From assembly GCA_036149055.1 (NCBI GenBank), contig JAYZQJ010000137.1, forward strand, positions 1-64,000: a stretch of 64,000 bases of DNA, in the 5' to 3' direction. A model generated the notes under the pieces. That model had not been told where the DNA came from. It saw nothing but the letters and a program-made list of their open reading frames with translations, and did not search any database. The position numbers and the translations under genes were made by a program. The stretch comes from Myxococcota bacterium (GTDB lineage Bacteria > Myxococcota_A > Polyangia > Polyangiales > Sandaracinaceae). Within the stretch, counting starts at the first letter, position 1, and each line of letters opens with the position of its first letter. Below, piece by piece: positions 8,527 to 19,030 of the stretch.

Positions 8527-10044
8527 ATGGTAGCCGCCTCTCCACGCCCCCGGATGGCGATCGTCACCCCGCCGCTCCCCGACGGCGCGATCTCGCCCAT
8601 GGCGAACCTCGGCCCGGCGGTGCTCCGCGGCGACCTCGAGGCCCGCGGCTACGCGCTGGACACCCTCGATCTCTGCGGCGCGGTGCGCTTCGAGAACCGC
8701 CGGCGGGTCGGGCGGCGCTTCCCCCTCGATCCCTTCTACGCGAACCCGGATCGGCTCCGCGCCCACCTCGACGGCGACCACGACGCCGCGATCGCGGCCG
8801 CGACCGAGGCGCTGCTCCGGGAGGGGCGCCTCGATCGCTACGACGTCGTCGGCTTCTCGCTCTGCCTCGACACCGCGCTCGGCCCCGCGCTCTGCCTCGC
8901 CCGCCGCCTCAAGGAGAGCGCGCGGCCGCCGCTGATCGTGCTCGGCGGCCCCATCTTCGAGCGCTCCGACTTCGGCTACCTGCTCGAGCTCGACGCGGTC
9001 GACGCCATCGTGAAGGGCGACGGAGAGCCGGCGATGCGCGCGCTGGCCGAGGGGCGCCCCCTCGAGGGGATCGAGGGCGTCGAGACCCGCGGTCGGCTCG
9101 CGCGGCCGGCGTCGGTGCCGCTCGACGAGAAGGCCTGCCCGGTGTTCGAGGGCGTCGACGTGGAGCGCTACCGGCGCCTCGGGCTCAAGGGCCGGCGCTG
9201 GCTGCCCTACCTGCTCACCCGAGGGTGTCGCTACCGCTGCTCGTTCTGCCGCGACTACACCAACGTGCGCTTCACCTACACGCCGACCGAGAAGGTCCTC
9301 GACGATCTCTCCCGGCTGCGTCGCGACCACGCGGTCGACTCGATCTACTTCGGCGAGTCGAACATCAACAACGACCCCGACGCGATCGCGGCGCTCTCCG
9401 AGGGCCTCGTCCGGCGAGAGCTCGGCGTGGCCTGGGGCGGTCTCGGCACCATCAGCGGCCTCGATCCCGAGCTCATCCCGCTGATGGCCCGCGCGGGGTG
9501 CCGCTTCCTCTCCATCGGCGTCGAGACGGCGAGCGAGCGCCTGCGGGAGAAGTGGAACATCGGCAAGTGCCGGGACCTCGGCGAGATCCGGCGCCGCCTC
9601 GAGCTGCTCCACGCCCACGGGATCCGCGTCAACGCGCTGTTCATCGTGTCCTTTCCGCACGAGACCCGGGAGGACCACGTGGACACCATGCGCTTCCTCG
9701 GCGAGGTCGCGGGCTACCTGACCACCGTCGGCGCGTCGGAGTTCGACCTGGTCGAGGGCTCGCCCGCCCACATGCGCCAGGGCGTCTTCGGCCTCTCCGC
9801 CCGGCCTCGGCCGGCGACCGGGCGCTACGCGTTCCTCGACCGCTACGCCGCCTTCGACGAGATCGGCGGGCTGGGCTGGGAGGCGAAGCAGCGGCAGGCG
9901 AGGGTCCGGCTCACCCGCTTCGAGCAGGCGGCGCGCCTCCGCGTCGGGCTCCCGCTCGCGCTGCGTCTCTGGCGCGAGGATCCGCTCTACCCGCTGCGGC
10001 GCCTCGTGCGGCGGCCGTACTTCGACTACGACGTCTATCTCTGA
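8527..10044 (+). CDS. B12-binding-domain radical SAM protein
   Basis: 'TRGCRYRCSFC' (CxxxCxxC); N-terminal 'DVVGFS...IVLGGP...DAIVKGDGE'; 'GVETAS'. Confidence 0.9.
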   Translation: MVAASPRPRMAIVTPPLPDGAISPMANLGPAVLRGDLEARGYALDTLDLCGAVRFENRRRVGRRFPLDPFYANPDRLRAHLDGDHDAAIAAATEALLREGRLDRYDVVGFSLCLDTALGPALCLARRLKESARPPLIVLGGPIFERSDFGYLLELDAVDAIVKGDGEPAMRALAEGRPLEGIEGVETRGRLARPASVPLDEKACPVFEGVDVERYRRLGLKGRRWLPYLLTRGCRYRCSFCRDYTNVRFTYTPTEKVLDDLSRLRRDHAVDSIYFGESNINNDPDAIAALSEGLVRRELGVAWGGLGTISGLDPELIPLMARAGCRFLSIGVETASERLREKWNIGKCRDLGEIRRRLELLHAHGIRVNALFIVSFPHETREDHVDTMRFLGEVAGYLTTVGASEFDLVEGSPAHMRQGVFGLSARPRPATGRYAFLDRYAAFDEIGGLGWEAKQRQARVRLTRFEQAARLRVGLPLALRLWREDPLYPLRRLVRRPYFDYDVYL

Positions 10045-11171
10045 ACGCGGGGCACGCGCGGCGAGATCTGGGTGAGGATCTCCCAGCTGATCGAGCCCGC
10101 GCGCTCGCCGAGCTCCTCGGCGGTGATCGCGTCGCCCCCCTGCGCGCCGAGCACCACCGCCTCGTCGCCCCGCTCGCAGCCGGAGAGGTCGGTGACGTCG
10201 ACCCCGGTCAGGTCCATCGAGACCCGGCCCACCACCGGGCAGCGCTGGCCCCGGATGAGCACCTCGGCCCGGTTCGAGAGGCTGCGCGGGTAGCCGTCGC
10301 CGTAGCCGATGGCGAGGGTCGCGATCCGGCTCTCGCGCGGCGCGGTCCAGCTGCGGCCGTAGCCCACCGCGGTGCCGGCGGGGAAGGTCTTCACCCGGGC
10401 CACCGAGGTGACCACGCGCATCACCGGGCGGAGCTCGGGGTCCGGCGTCGGCCCGGGCATCACCCCGTAGAGCACCACCCCGGCGCGCACCATGTCGAAG
10501 CGGGTCTCGTCGCGGAAGAGCGTCGCGGCGCTGTTGGCGGCGTGCACGAGCCGGGGGCGGTGGCCGCGCGCGATCACCCGCGCCTTGGCGGCCTCGAAGC
10601 GCACGAGCTGGGCGCGGGTGGCCTCGGCGTCGTCCTCGGCGGAGCTGAGGTGGGTCATCAGCCCGCTGACCCGCACGTTCGGGTACCCCTCGAGCCCGTC
10701 GAGGAAGGGATCGAGCTCGTGGTCGGGCACCCCGAGGCGGGTCATGCCGGTGTCGATCTTGAGGTGGATGTCCGCGGTGCCGATGCCGGCCGCGCGCGAG
10801 AAGCGCTCGACGTCCTCGAGGTCGTAGACCACCGGGGTCAGGCCGGCGCGGAGCGTCTCGGCGTGGGCGCCGTCGTAGATGCCGTTGAGCACCAGGATCG
10901 GCACGGTCACCCCGCGCTCCCGGAGCAGCAGCCCCTCCTCGACGAGGGCGACGCCCAGCCCGTCGATCCCCTCCTCGGCGAGCCGGCGCCCGACCGCCTC
11001 GAGGCCGTGTCCGTAGGCGTCGGCCTTCACCACCGCGAGCACCTTCGCCGCCGCGGCCCGGTCGCGGACCACGCGCAGGTTGTGCGCGAGGGCGTCGAGG
11101 TCGATCTCCGCCCGGGTGGGACGGACTTGCACGGGGGGCGCCACGACCGGACGGCTACTTCTCGCGAGCAT
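10035..11171 (-). CDS. alr: Alanine racemase
   Basis: PLP-lysine motif 'AVVKADAYGHG', 'HLKIDTGMTRLG', 'GYGDGY', 'GRVSMD'; start uncertain. Confidence 0.97.
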   Translation of the reverse strand: MLARSSRPVVAPPVQVRPTRAEIDLDALAHNLRVVRDRAAAAKVLAVVKADAYGHGLEAVGRRLAEEGIDGLGVALVEEGLLLRERGVTVPILVLNGIYDGAHAETLRAGLTPVVYDLEDVERFSRAAGIGTADIHLKIDTGMTRLGVPDHELDPFLDGLEGYPNVRVSGLMTHLSSAEDDAEATRAQLVRFEAAKARVIARGHRPRLVHAANSAATLFRDETRFDMVRAGVVLYGVMPGPTPDPELRPVMRVVTSVARVKTFPAGTAVGYGRSWTAPRESRIATLAIGYGDGYPRSLSNRAEVLIRGQRCPVVGRVSMDLTGVDVTDLSGCERGDEAVVLGAQGGDAITAEELGERAGSISWEILTQISPRVPRVQR

Positions 11172-11229
11172 CGCGGTCAAGACGGCCCGCCTCGCGGCGT
11201 TCATTCCGCCCCCGTGGTATCACCCGGGG

Positions 11230-12083
11230 ATGGCGGAGGCGGCGGAGCAGACGCCCGAAGAACAGCAGCCGGAGCAGCCGGGCTGGGGCAAGGCCGCGCT
11301 GGAGGCGCTGGCCTGGCTCTTCGCGTGGCCGATCGCCTTCGTGGCCGAGGTCGGGTTCATGGCTCGGCTGGTCTACGAGACCTTCATGTGGGGGATCCGT
11401 CCCCCCTACCGCTTCCGCCTGGTCATCGAGCACATCGAGTTCCTCGGCGTGCAGTCGATCTTCATCGTCGGGCTCAGCGGCATCTTCGTCGGCGGCGTCT
11501 TCAGCCTCCAGCTGGTCGACGGCTTCCGCCAGTTCGGGGCCGAGAACCAGGTGGGCGCGGTCATCGGCCTCGCCCTCAGCCGGGAGCTCGCCCCGGTGTT
11601 CAGCGCGCTCATGATCACCAGCCGGGCCGGCAGCGCGATGGCCACCGAGATCGCGTCGATGCGGGTCACCAACCAGATCGACGCGCTGACCACCATGAGC
11701 GTGAACCCGATCCAGTTCCTGATCGTGCCCCGCGTCATCGCGGCCACCATCGCGACCCCGATCATGGCGCTCCTCGCGTTCATGGTCGGCCTGGTCGGCG
11801 CCTACGTGGTCGGCGTGTTCCTGATGGGCATCGACGGCGGCATCTTCGTCGAGCGCGTGAAGTGGTTCGTCGACACCTCCGACGTCGGCCAGGGCCTGGT
11901 GAAGTCGGCCGTGTTCGGCGCCGCCCTCACCATGGTGGCCTGCCGCCAGGGCTTCTACGCCTCGGGCGGCGCGGCCGGCGTCGGCCAGGCCACCAACCGC
12001 GCCGTCGTCCAGGCCTCGGTCGCCGTGCTCGTCCTCGACTACGTGCTGACCGCCGTCATCCTCGGCCAGGGCGTGGGCGTCTG

Positions 12084-12084
<1 letters not shown>
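11230..12084 (+). CDS. mlaE: MlaE-family ABC permease
   Basis: 'RELAPVFSALMITSRAGSAMATEIASMRVTNQIDAL', 'GGAAGVGQATNRAVV'. Confidence 0.95.
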
Positions 12085-12904
<820 letters not shown>

Positions 12905-12911
<7 letters not shown>

Positions 12912-13774
12912 TTGCGGACGACGACCTCGGTGACCGAGCCGCGCTTGCTCGCGTCGCAGTTGATCGCGCGGGGCGCGGCGATCGTGTCGATGCGGTGCTT
13001 GCGGTAGAGGTCGCGGATGAAGGGCACGTCGCTGTTCGACAGCATGCACTTGCAGCCGCGGCGGGTCAGCGCGTCGAAGACGTCGCGGAGGCGGGTCTGG
13101 TCGTCCTGGCTGAAGCCGTCGCGCGCGTAGCTGGTGAAGCTCGCGGTGCGGCTCACCGGCTCGTAGGGCGGGTCGAGGTAGACGAAGTCACCGGGGCGCG
13201 CGTGCTCGAGGAGCGCCTCGAAGGGCACGTTGCGCAGCTCGGCGTTCCGGAGCTCGGCGCTCGCCGCGTAGAGGCCCTCGGCGTCGATGATGCGCGGGTT
13301 CTTGTAGCGGCCGGCCGGCACGTTGAACTCGCCCTTCTTGTTCACCCGGTGCAGGCCGTTGAAGCAGGTCTTGTTCAGGTAGATGAACATCGCCGCGCGG
13401 CCCGGGCCGTGCTCGCCGTGGCGGGTCGCGTTGTAGCGCTCGCGCACCCGGTAGTAGGCCTCCTTGCCGTGCGCCGCGGCGAGCGGCTCGAGGGCGCCGA
13501 TCACCGCGTCGACGTCGTCGCGGACCATGCGGTAGGTCTCGACGAGGGCCTCGTTCACGTCGCAGAGCATCGCCCGCTCGGGGCGGCGGGCGAAGAACAT
13601 CGCCGCGCCGCCCGCGAAGGGCTCCACGTGGCGCATGCGCTCGACGCCCCGCGGCAGCAGGGGGAGGAGCTGCGTGAGCAGCCGGCCTTTGCCGCCCACC
13701 CACTTGATGAACGGCGAGGGGGCGCGAAGGGGAGCGGTCTGGAGGTCGACGCGGGCGAGGGCGGGTGTGGCCAT
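12905..13774 (-). CDS. dam: Dam-family (D12 class) DNA N6-adenine methyltransferase
   Basis: 'FIKWVGGK', 'EPFAGGAA', 'YLNKTCFNGLHRVNKKGEFNVP', 'YLDPPY', 'LSNSD'. Confidence 0.93.
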
Positions 13775-13858
13775 GCGTGCGACGCTATCCTACATGCGCA
13801 CACCCCCGAAAAAAGCGGCAGAACCCCGCGGGCCCGGGGCTGATAGACTGGGATCACA

Positions 13859-15157
13859 GTGGCTTCACTGGCAGGACTGGAGCCCGTCGCGCAGATCGGG
13901 CGGTACGACGTGATCGGGCGCCTCGCCTCCGGCGGCATGGCCGAGATCTTCCTCGCGCGGGAGCAGGGGCCCCACACGGTCGGGCGTCACCTCGTGCTCA
14001 AGCGCATCCTCCCGCACGTCGCCAACGACGAGCGCATGGTGGAGATGTTCGTGCACGAGGCGAAGCTCTGCATGCACCTCCGCCACCCGAACATCTGCCC
14101 GATCTACGAGTTCGGCGAGGAGGGGGGCAGCTTCTACCTGGCGATGGAGTGGGTGCGCGGGATCAGCCTGCGCGACCTGGTCGACCGGGTCGGCGGGGCC
14201 CTCCCGGTGCCGATGGTCACCAAGATCTTCGCCGACATCGCCGGGGCCCTCCATCACGCGCACACCTGCACCGACCAGGAGGGCAGGGCGCTGTCGATCG
14301 TGCACCGGGACGTGAACCCCGAGAACATCATGATCGGCTTCGACGGGGTCGCGAAGCTCCTCGACTTCGGGGTCGCGGCCGCCGCGACCGAGCGCAAGCA
14401 CAAGACCGAGGCCGGCAACCTCAAGGGCAAGTTCGCCTACATCTCGCCCGAGCAGTACCAGGGCCAGCCGCTCGACGGGCGGAGCGACGTCTTCTCGCTC
14501 GGGGTGAGCCTCTACGAGGCGCTCACCGGGCAGAGCCTCTACGACCGCGCGAGCGAGTACGAGACGGTGGCCGCCATCGTGCTCGACCCGGACGTGCCGT
14601 CCATCCGCACCGTCAACGGCAGCGTGCCGCCGGAGCTCGACGTGATCGCGCAGATGGCGCTCGCGAAGAACCGGGACGAGCGCTACCAGAGCGCCGACGA
14701 GATGCAGGCCGCCTTGCTGACCTTCGCCGCGCGCGAGGGGCACCACGTGCGCCACACCGACATCGCCCGGCGGCTGCGCGAGATCGTGCCCGACCTCGCC
14801 GACGCCGAGCCCAAGCTCGACCGCCGCGAGCCCGCGACCACCGGCGGCTGGCCCAAGGCCGGCACCCCGCCGCGCCAGCGCACGCCGAGCGAGGAGATGC
14901 ACGCGCTGCTCGCGGCCGCGGCCGACGACGACCTCGACGACCTGGAGATCGGGAAGAAGCGATCCGGTCGGACGGTCGCGGTGATCAGCGTGCTGGTGAT
15001 CCTGGTCAGCCTCGGCGTGATCGGCTGGGTCGTGTCCCAGCGCGCGGCCGGCGCGGAGACCGGCGCGGCGGCGGCCGACGACGGTGCGGGCAACGACGGT
15101 GCGGGCAACGACAGCGCGGCCCCGGCCTCCGGCGCCGCAGTCGACGACACGCCCTGA
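13859..15157 (+). CDS. Hanks-type Ser/Thr protein kinase with C-terminal TM segment
   Basis: 'GGMAEIF', 'VLKRI', 'HRDVNPEN', 'DFG', 'GKFAYISPEQ', 'DVFSLG'; TM 'VAVISVLVILVSLGVIGWVV'. Confidence 0.95.
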   Translation: MASLAGLEPVAQIGRYDVIGRLASGGMAEIFLAREQGPHTVGRHLVLKRILPHVANDERMVEMFVHEAKLCMHLRHPNICPIYEFGEEGGSFYLAMEWVRGISLRDLVDRVGGALPVPMVTKIFADIAGALHHAHTCTDQEGRALSIVHRDVNPENIMIGFDGVAKLLDFGVAAAATERKHKTEAGNLKGKFAYISPEQYQGQPLDGRSDVFSLGVSLYEALTGQSLYDRASEYETVAAIVLDPDVPSIRTVNGSVPPELDVIAQMALAKNRDERYQSADEMQAALLTFAAREGHHVRHTDIARRLREIVPDLADAEPKLDRREPATTGGWPKAGTPPRQRTPSEEMHALLAAAADDDLDDLEIGKKRSGRTVAVISVLVILVSLGVIGWVVSQRAAGAETGAAAADDGAGNDGAGNDSAAPASGAAVDDTP

Positions 15158-15201
15158 TCGCGGAGCGCTGCCGAGACCGCCGTCGCGAGGCCCCCGGTTT
15201 G

Positions 15202-16452
15202 CTACCGCCGGCGGTCGACGAGGCTCCCGAGGCGCTCGAGCGCGGTCTCGAGGGTGGGCTTCGAGGGGCCGAAGCTGAACCGGACGTGGGAGCGGAAGCG
15301 GCTGGGGCGGCCGCCGCGGCGCTGTCCGGGGTCGACGTCGAAGAAGTTGCCGGGCACGACGATGACCTTCTCGTCGAGCGCGGCGCGGAAGAGCTCCTCG
15401 CCGGTGCGCAGGCCCTCGGGCAGGCCGCTCACGTCGCCCCACGCGTAGAAGGTGCCCTCGGGCTCGAGGTCGAAGCGGACCCCGAGCTCGCGCAGGCCGC
15501 GGACGAGCAGGTCGCGCTTCTCGCGGAAGACGTGCCGGATCGCCGCCGCCTCCTGGCCGGCGAGCGCAGGGTCGAGCAGCGGGATCGCGGCGCGCTGCAT
15601 CGGCCGCGAGGGGCCGCCGTCGAGGAACGAGCCCGCGCTCGAGACCGCGCGGATGACCTTCTTCGGGCCGAGCGTCCAGCACACGCGCCACCCGGGGTAG
15701 CGCCAGTTCTTGGTGAGGCCGTCGAAGAGGATCACGGGGTCGGCGTCGACGTCCTCGACGTGCGCGGCCGCGCTGACGCTGCCGTCGCCCTTCCAGATGA
15801 AGTGCGAGTAGAACTCGTCGAAGAGCATCGCGCAGTCGAGCTCGCGGGCGAGGGAGACCCAGCCGGCGAGCTCTCCGTCGCGGACGACCTTGCCCGTCGG
15901 GTTGCACGGGTTGCTCATCAGCAGCCCGCCGAGGCCGCGGCCCATGATCTCGCGCCGCAGCTCGCGGAGCGAGAAGTCGTAGCCGCGCTCGGGGTCGAGC
16001 AGGATCGGGATCGGCGTGAACCGCCTAAAGACGTCGAGCAGCTCCTCGTAGGCCGTGTAGTCCGGGAGGAAGTGGCCCATGTGGACCGAGCCGATGGCCG
16101 CGCAGGCGCGCATCACGCTCACCCGACCGCCGCCGCCGATGGCGACGTTCTCCGCGGTGTACTGGCTCTTCATGCCGCGGCGGTACCGCTGGTTGTAGAA
16201 CGACGCGACCGCCTCGCGGAGCTCCCAGAGGCCGGCGACCGGCGAGTACTCCTGATCCTCGGGGCGGATCTCGAGGCTCGTCACCCGCTCGGGGGCGCCC
16301 TCGATCGCGCCGGTCTCGGGCTGGCCCTGACCGAGGTTGCACCACTCGGGGTCGCTCGCGTCGAAGCCGCGCGCCTGCGCCTCCGCGGTCACGAAGATGA
16401 CGCCCGTGCGGGGGACGGGGCGGAAGGCGGAGATCCGGCTCTTCTGGCTCAT
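15202..16452 (-). CDS. PLP-dependent aminotransferase class I/II
   Basis: 'NLGQGQP', 'SNPCNPTG', 'DEFYSH', 'GLTKNWRYPGWR'. Confidence 0.92.
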   Translation of the reverse strand: MSQKSRISAFRPVPRTGVIFVTAEAQARGFDASDPEWCNLGQGQPETGAIEGAPERVTSLEIRPEDQEYSPVAGLWELREAVASFYNQRYRRGMKSQYTAENVAIGGGGRVSVMRACAAIGSVHMGHFLPDYTAYEELLDVFRRFTPIPILLDPERGYDFSLRELRREIMGRGLGGLLMSNPCNPTGKVVRDGELAGWVSLARELDCAMLFDEFYSHFIWKGDGSVSAAAHVEDVDADPVILFDGLTKNWRYPGWRVCWTLGPKKVIRAVSSAGSFLDGGPSRPMQRAAIPLLDPALAGQEAAAIRHVFREKRDLLVRGLRELGVRFDLEPEGTFYAWGDVSGLPEGLRTGEELFRAALDEKVIVVPGNFFDVDPGQRRGGRPSRFRSHVRFSFGPSKPTLETALERLGSLVDRRR

Positions 16453-16567
16453 CGCGGCGCGGACCATAGCTCCGTCTGGCGAGCCTCGCCGCCGCGGAGG
16501 CGCGCTGATACAGTGTCCGACACTCAGGAGCGAGTCACTCTCTACCCCCTCGCCCGCGGAGAGCCCC

Positions 16568-17494
16568 ATGCGCCTCTCGATCCTCTCGATCCTCCTCCTG
16601 GCCGTCGGCTGCGCGGCGAACGGCGCCGGCGGCGACGCCGGCCACGACGCCGGCTCGGACGAAGACGCGTTCGTGCCCCTGGTCGACTCGGGCGTCCGGC
16701 GCGACTCCGGCGTGGTGACCGACGACGGCGGCGTCGCGAGGGACGCGGGCGGCGACCCCGACTCGGGCGTCGACGGCGACGCGGGCCCGGGTGACGCGGG
16801 CACCGATTCGGGGACCGGCGACGCGGGCGTGGTCGACGGCGGGACCGGCGGCGGCTGCCCCGGCGTGCACCCCGGCGACACCGTCGCGCTCGACGGCATG
16901 GGCGACCTGGCCGGCTACCCGAGCGAGCAGATCCTGAGCCCGATGGCGCCCTTCGGGCCCGGCGATCAGCTCGGCCTCACCTGGGACCGCGAGTACCTCT
17001 ATCTCACCCTCGTCTCGAGCGGCTTCTCCGACCCGTTCAAGCCCTTCCACGTCTACCTCGAGGCGAGCGCCGGACCGCTGGGCGCGGCGAGCCCCGGCAC
17101 CGGCAAGGAGTACTCGAGCCTGGTGCCCGCGCTGCCCTTCACCGCGACCCACCTCGTCGCCGTGCGCCGCCAGGACGAGGCCGGCGGCATCGCCTACGAC
17201 GGCGTCTACACGCCGGCGATGAGCTGGACCGACCGGGCCACGCCGCTGGTGCCGGGCACCGACGTCTTCCCGTCGACCAGCGCGATCAGCGTGCGCGTGC
17301 CGCTCGCCGCCCTCGGCTGCCCGACCCGCCTGCGTCTCAGCGCGCACGTGGTGAACGCGGTGGTGGCCGAGGAGTGGAAGATCCTGGTGCCCGCGGGCGC
17401 CCAGCCCTGGAACCCGATGGGCGACCCCGGCGCGCACTACGAGATCGACCTGACGGCGGACCCGGCCATCGCCGGCTGGACGACGGTGCCCTGA
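16568..17494 (+). CDS. Lipoprotein with D-A-G low-complexity linker and a beta-rich (DOMON/carbohydrate-binding-like) domain
   Basis: Lipobox 'LLLAVGC'; DAG/DSG repeats; 'LGLTWDREYLYL'. Confidence 0.7.
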   Translation: MRLSILSILLLAVGCAANGAGGDAGHDAGSDEDAFVPLVDSGVRRDSGVVTDDGGVARDAGGDPDSGVDGDAGPGDAGTDSGTGDAGVVDGGTGGGCPGVHPGDTVALDGMGDLAGYPSEQILSPMAPFGPGDQLGLTWDREYLYLTLVSSGFSDPFKPFHVYLEASAGPLGAASPGTGKEYSSLVPALPFTATHLVAVRRQDEAGGIAYDGVYTPAMSWTDRATPLVPGTDVFPSTSAISVRVPLAALGCPTRLRLSAHVVNAVVAEEWKILVPAGAQPWNPMGDPGAHYEIDLTADPAIAGWTTVP

Positions 17495-17512
17495 CGGCCC
17501 CAAGTTGTCGGC

Positions 17513-18271
17513 ATGAGCAAGGCGCGAGACGTCATCCGCATCGAGGGCCTGCGGGTCGACTGCGTGGTCGGGGTGTACCCGCACGAGCGCCACCGCGTAC
17601 AGCCGCTCGAGGTCGACGTCTCGATGACGCTCGACACCCGGCGCGCGGGCGAGAAGGAGAAGCTCGCCCACACCGTCGACTACGCAGCCACCGCGAACCA
17701 GATCGCGTTCCTGCTGCGCAGCTGCCAGTTCCACATGCTCGAGACGGCCGCGCGCGCCCTGACCCGGCTCCTGCTCGCGCCGCCCGCGCCGGGGGAGCGA
17801 CGCGCGCGCATCCAGGAGGTGAAGCTGCGGCTCACCAAGCCCTTCGCGCTCGCCGGCCACGGCGTGCCCTCCCTCGAGGTGACCCGCGACGCCGCCGACG
17901 TGAGCCTGACTCACGAGACCAAGCCCTTCGGCACCGTCGACATCCTCGACGAGACGAAGCACGTCGGCATCTACCGGCTCAACGTCGCGCCCGGTCGCGG
18001 CATCCCGCTGCACGTGCACCGCACGATGCAGGAGTCGGAGCTGGTGCTCGGCGACGGCCTGCTCTGCCAGGGCAAGGAGGTGCCCGCGGGCACCGTGTTC
18101 CGCTGGCCCAAGGAGGCGGCGCACCGCTACGACAACCCGACCTCCAGCTGGCAGTCGATCCTCTGCGTGGACTCGCCCCCGTTCATCCCGGAGGACGAGG
18201 TCGAGGTCGAGGGTGATCCCGCCGACGTGCGGCCGCTCCCCCCGTTCATCCCCACCGCGGCGCCGCGCTGA
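17513..18271 (+). CDS. folB: Dihydroneopterin aldolase fused to a C-terminal cupin domain
   Basis: 'DVIRIEGLRVDCVVGVYPHER...QPLEVD...TVDY...LETAA...LTKP'; then cupin 'IPLHVHRTMQESE...AHRYDN'. Confidence 0.85.
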   Translation: MSKARDVIRIEGLRVDCVVGVYPHERHRVQPLEVDVSMTLDTRRAGEKEKLAHTVDYAATANQIAFLLRSCQFHMLETAARALTRLLLAPPAPGERRARIQEVKLRLTKPFALAGHGVPSLEVTRDAADVSLTHETKPFGTVDILDETKHVGIYRLNVAPGRGIPLHVHRTMQESELVLGDGLLCQGKEVPAGTVFRWPKEAAHRYDNPTSSWQSILCVDSPPFIPEDEVEVEGDPADVRPLPPFIPTAAPR

Positions 18272-19026
18272 TGACGCCCGAGCGCATCGTCGTGACCGGG
18301 GCGAGCCGGGGCATCGGCCGCGCCATCGCGCGTCGCCTCCTCGAGGCCGGCCGCTACGTCGCCCTGGTGGCCCGGGACGAGGCGCGCCTCGCGCAGCTCG
18401 CCGCGGTGGCCCCCTCGCGCGCCGCGGTGATCGCCCGCGACCTCGTCGATCCGACCGGCGTGATCGAGGCGGCGGCCGCGGCCCTCGGCCCGCTCGACGG
18501 CCTGGTGCACGCGGCGGGCGTGGCGAAGCACGCGCCTCTCGACGCCATCGAGGAGGAGCAGCTCGCGCTGGCCCACGCGCTCCACGTGCGCGCCCCCTGG
18601 GTGCTCACCCGCGACCTCGCGCGCCACCTCGGAGACCGACCGGGCTCGATCGTGCACGTGGCCTCGACCCTCGGCCTCAAGGGCGCCCTCGAGACCGCGG
18701 TCTACGCGGGCAGCAAGGCGGCGCTGATCCGCATGAGCCAGGTCTTCGCGCTCGAGCTGGCTCCGCGCGGCGTGCGCGTGAACGTCGTCGCGCCCGGCGT
18801 CGTCGACACCGACATGGTCCGCGCCCTGCGCCTCCCTCCCGGCGCCCGTCCCCCCGAGGACGTCGACGCCGCGGTCGCCGCCCAGCTCGAGGCCCTCCGA
18901 ACGCTGCACCCCATCGGCCGCCTCGGCACCCCCGAGGACGTCGCCGCCGCCACCCAGTTCCTCCTCGACGCCGAGTGGATCACCGGCACCGTCCTCACCG
19001 TCGACGGCGGCCTCAGCGCCGCTTGA
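18271..19026 (+). CDS. Short-chain dehydrogenase/reductase
   Basis: 'VTGASRGIG', 'YAGSK', 'RVNVVAPG', 'ITGTVLTVDGG'. Confidence 0.95.
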   Translation: MTPERIVVTGASRGIGRAIARRLLEAGRYVALVARDEARLAQLAAVAPSRAAVIARDLVDPTGVIEAAAAALGPLDGLVHAAGVAKHAPLDAIEEEQLALAHALHVRAPWVLTRDLARHLGDRPGSIVHVASTLGLKGALETAVYAGSKAALIRMSQVFALELAPRGVRVNVVAPGVVDTDMVRALRLPPGARPPEDVDAAVAAQLEALRTLHPIGRLGTPEDVAAATQFLLDAEWITGTVLTVDGGLSAA

Positions 19027-19030
19027 TCGA

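Noticed and set aside
1472..10044. RiPP cluster (ATP-grasp plus radical SAM)
   Set aside because: No precursor peptide, RRE domain or peptidase-exporter is visible; the flippase and TylF point to glycans instead
7743..12083. 1722-aa ORF 7743-12911 as a single giant protein
   Set aside because: Only the last 275 codons (from ATG 12084) are MlaF; the rest is shadow frame over the flippase, radical SAM, alr and mlaE genes
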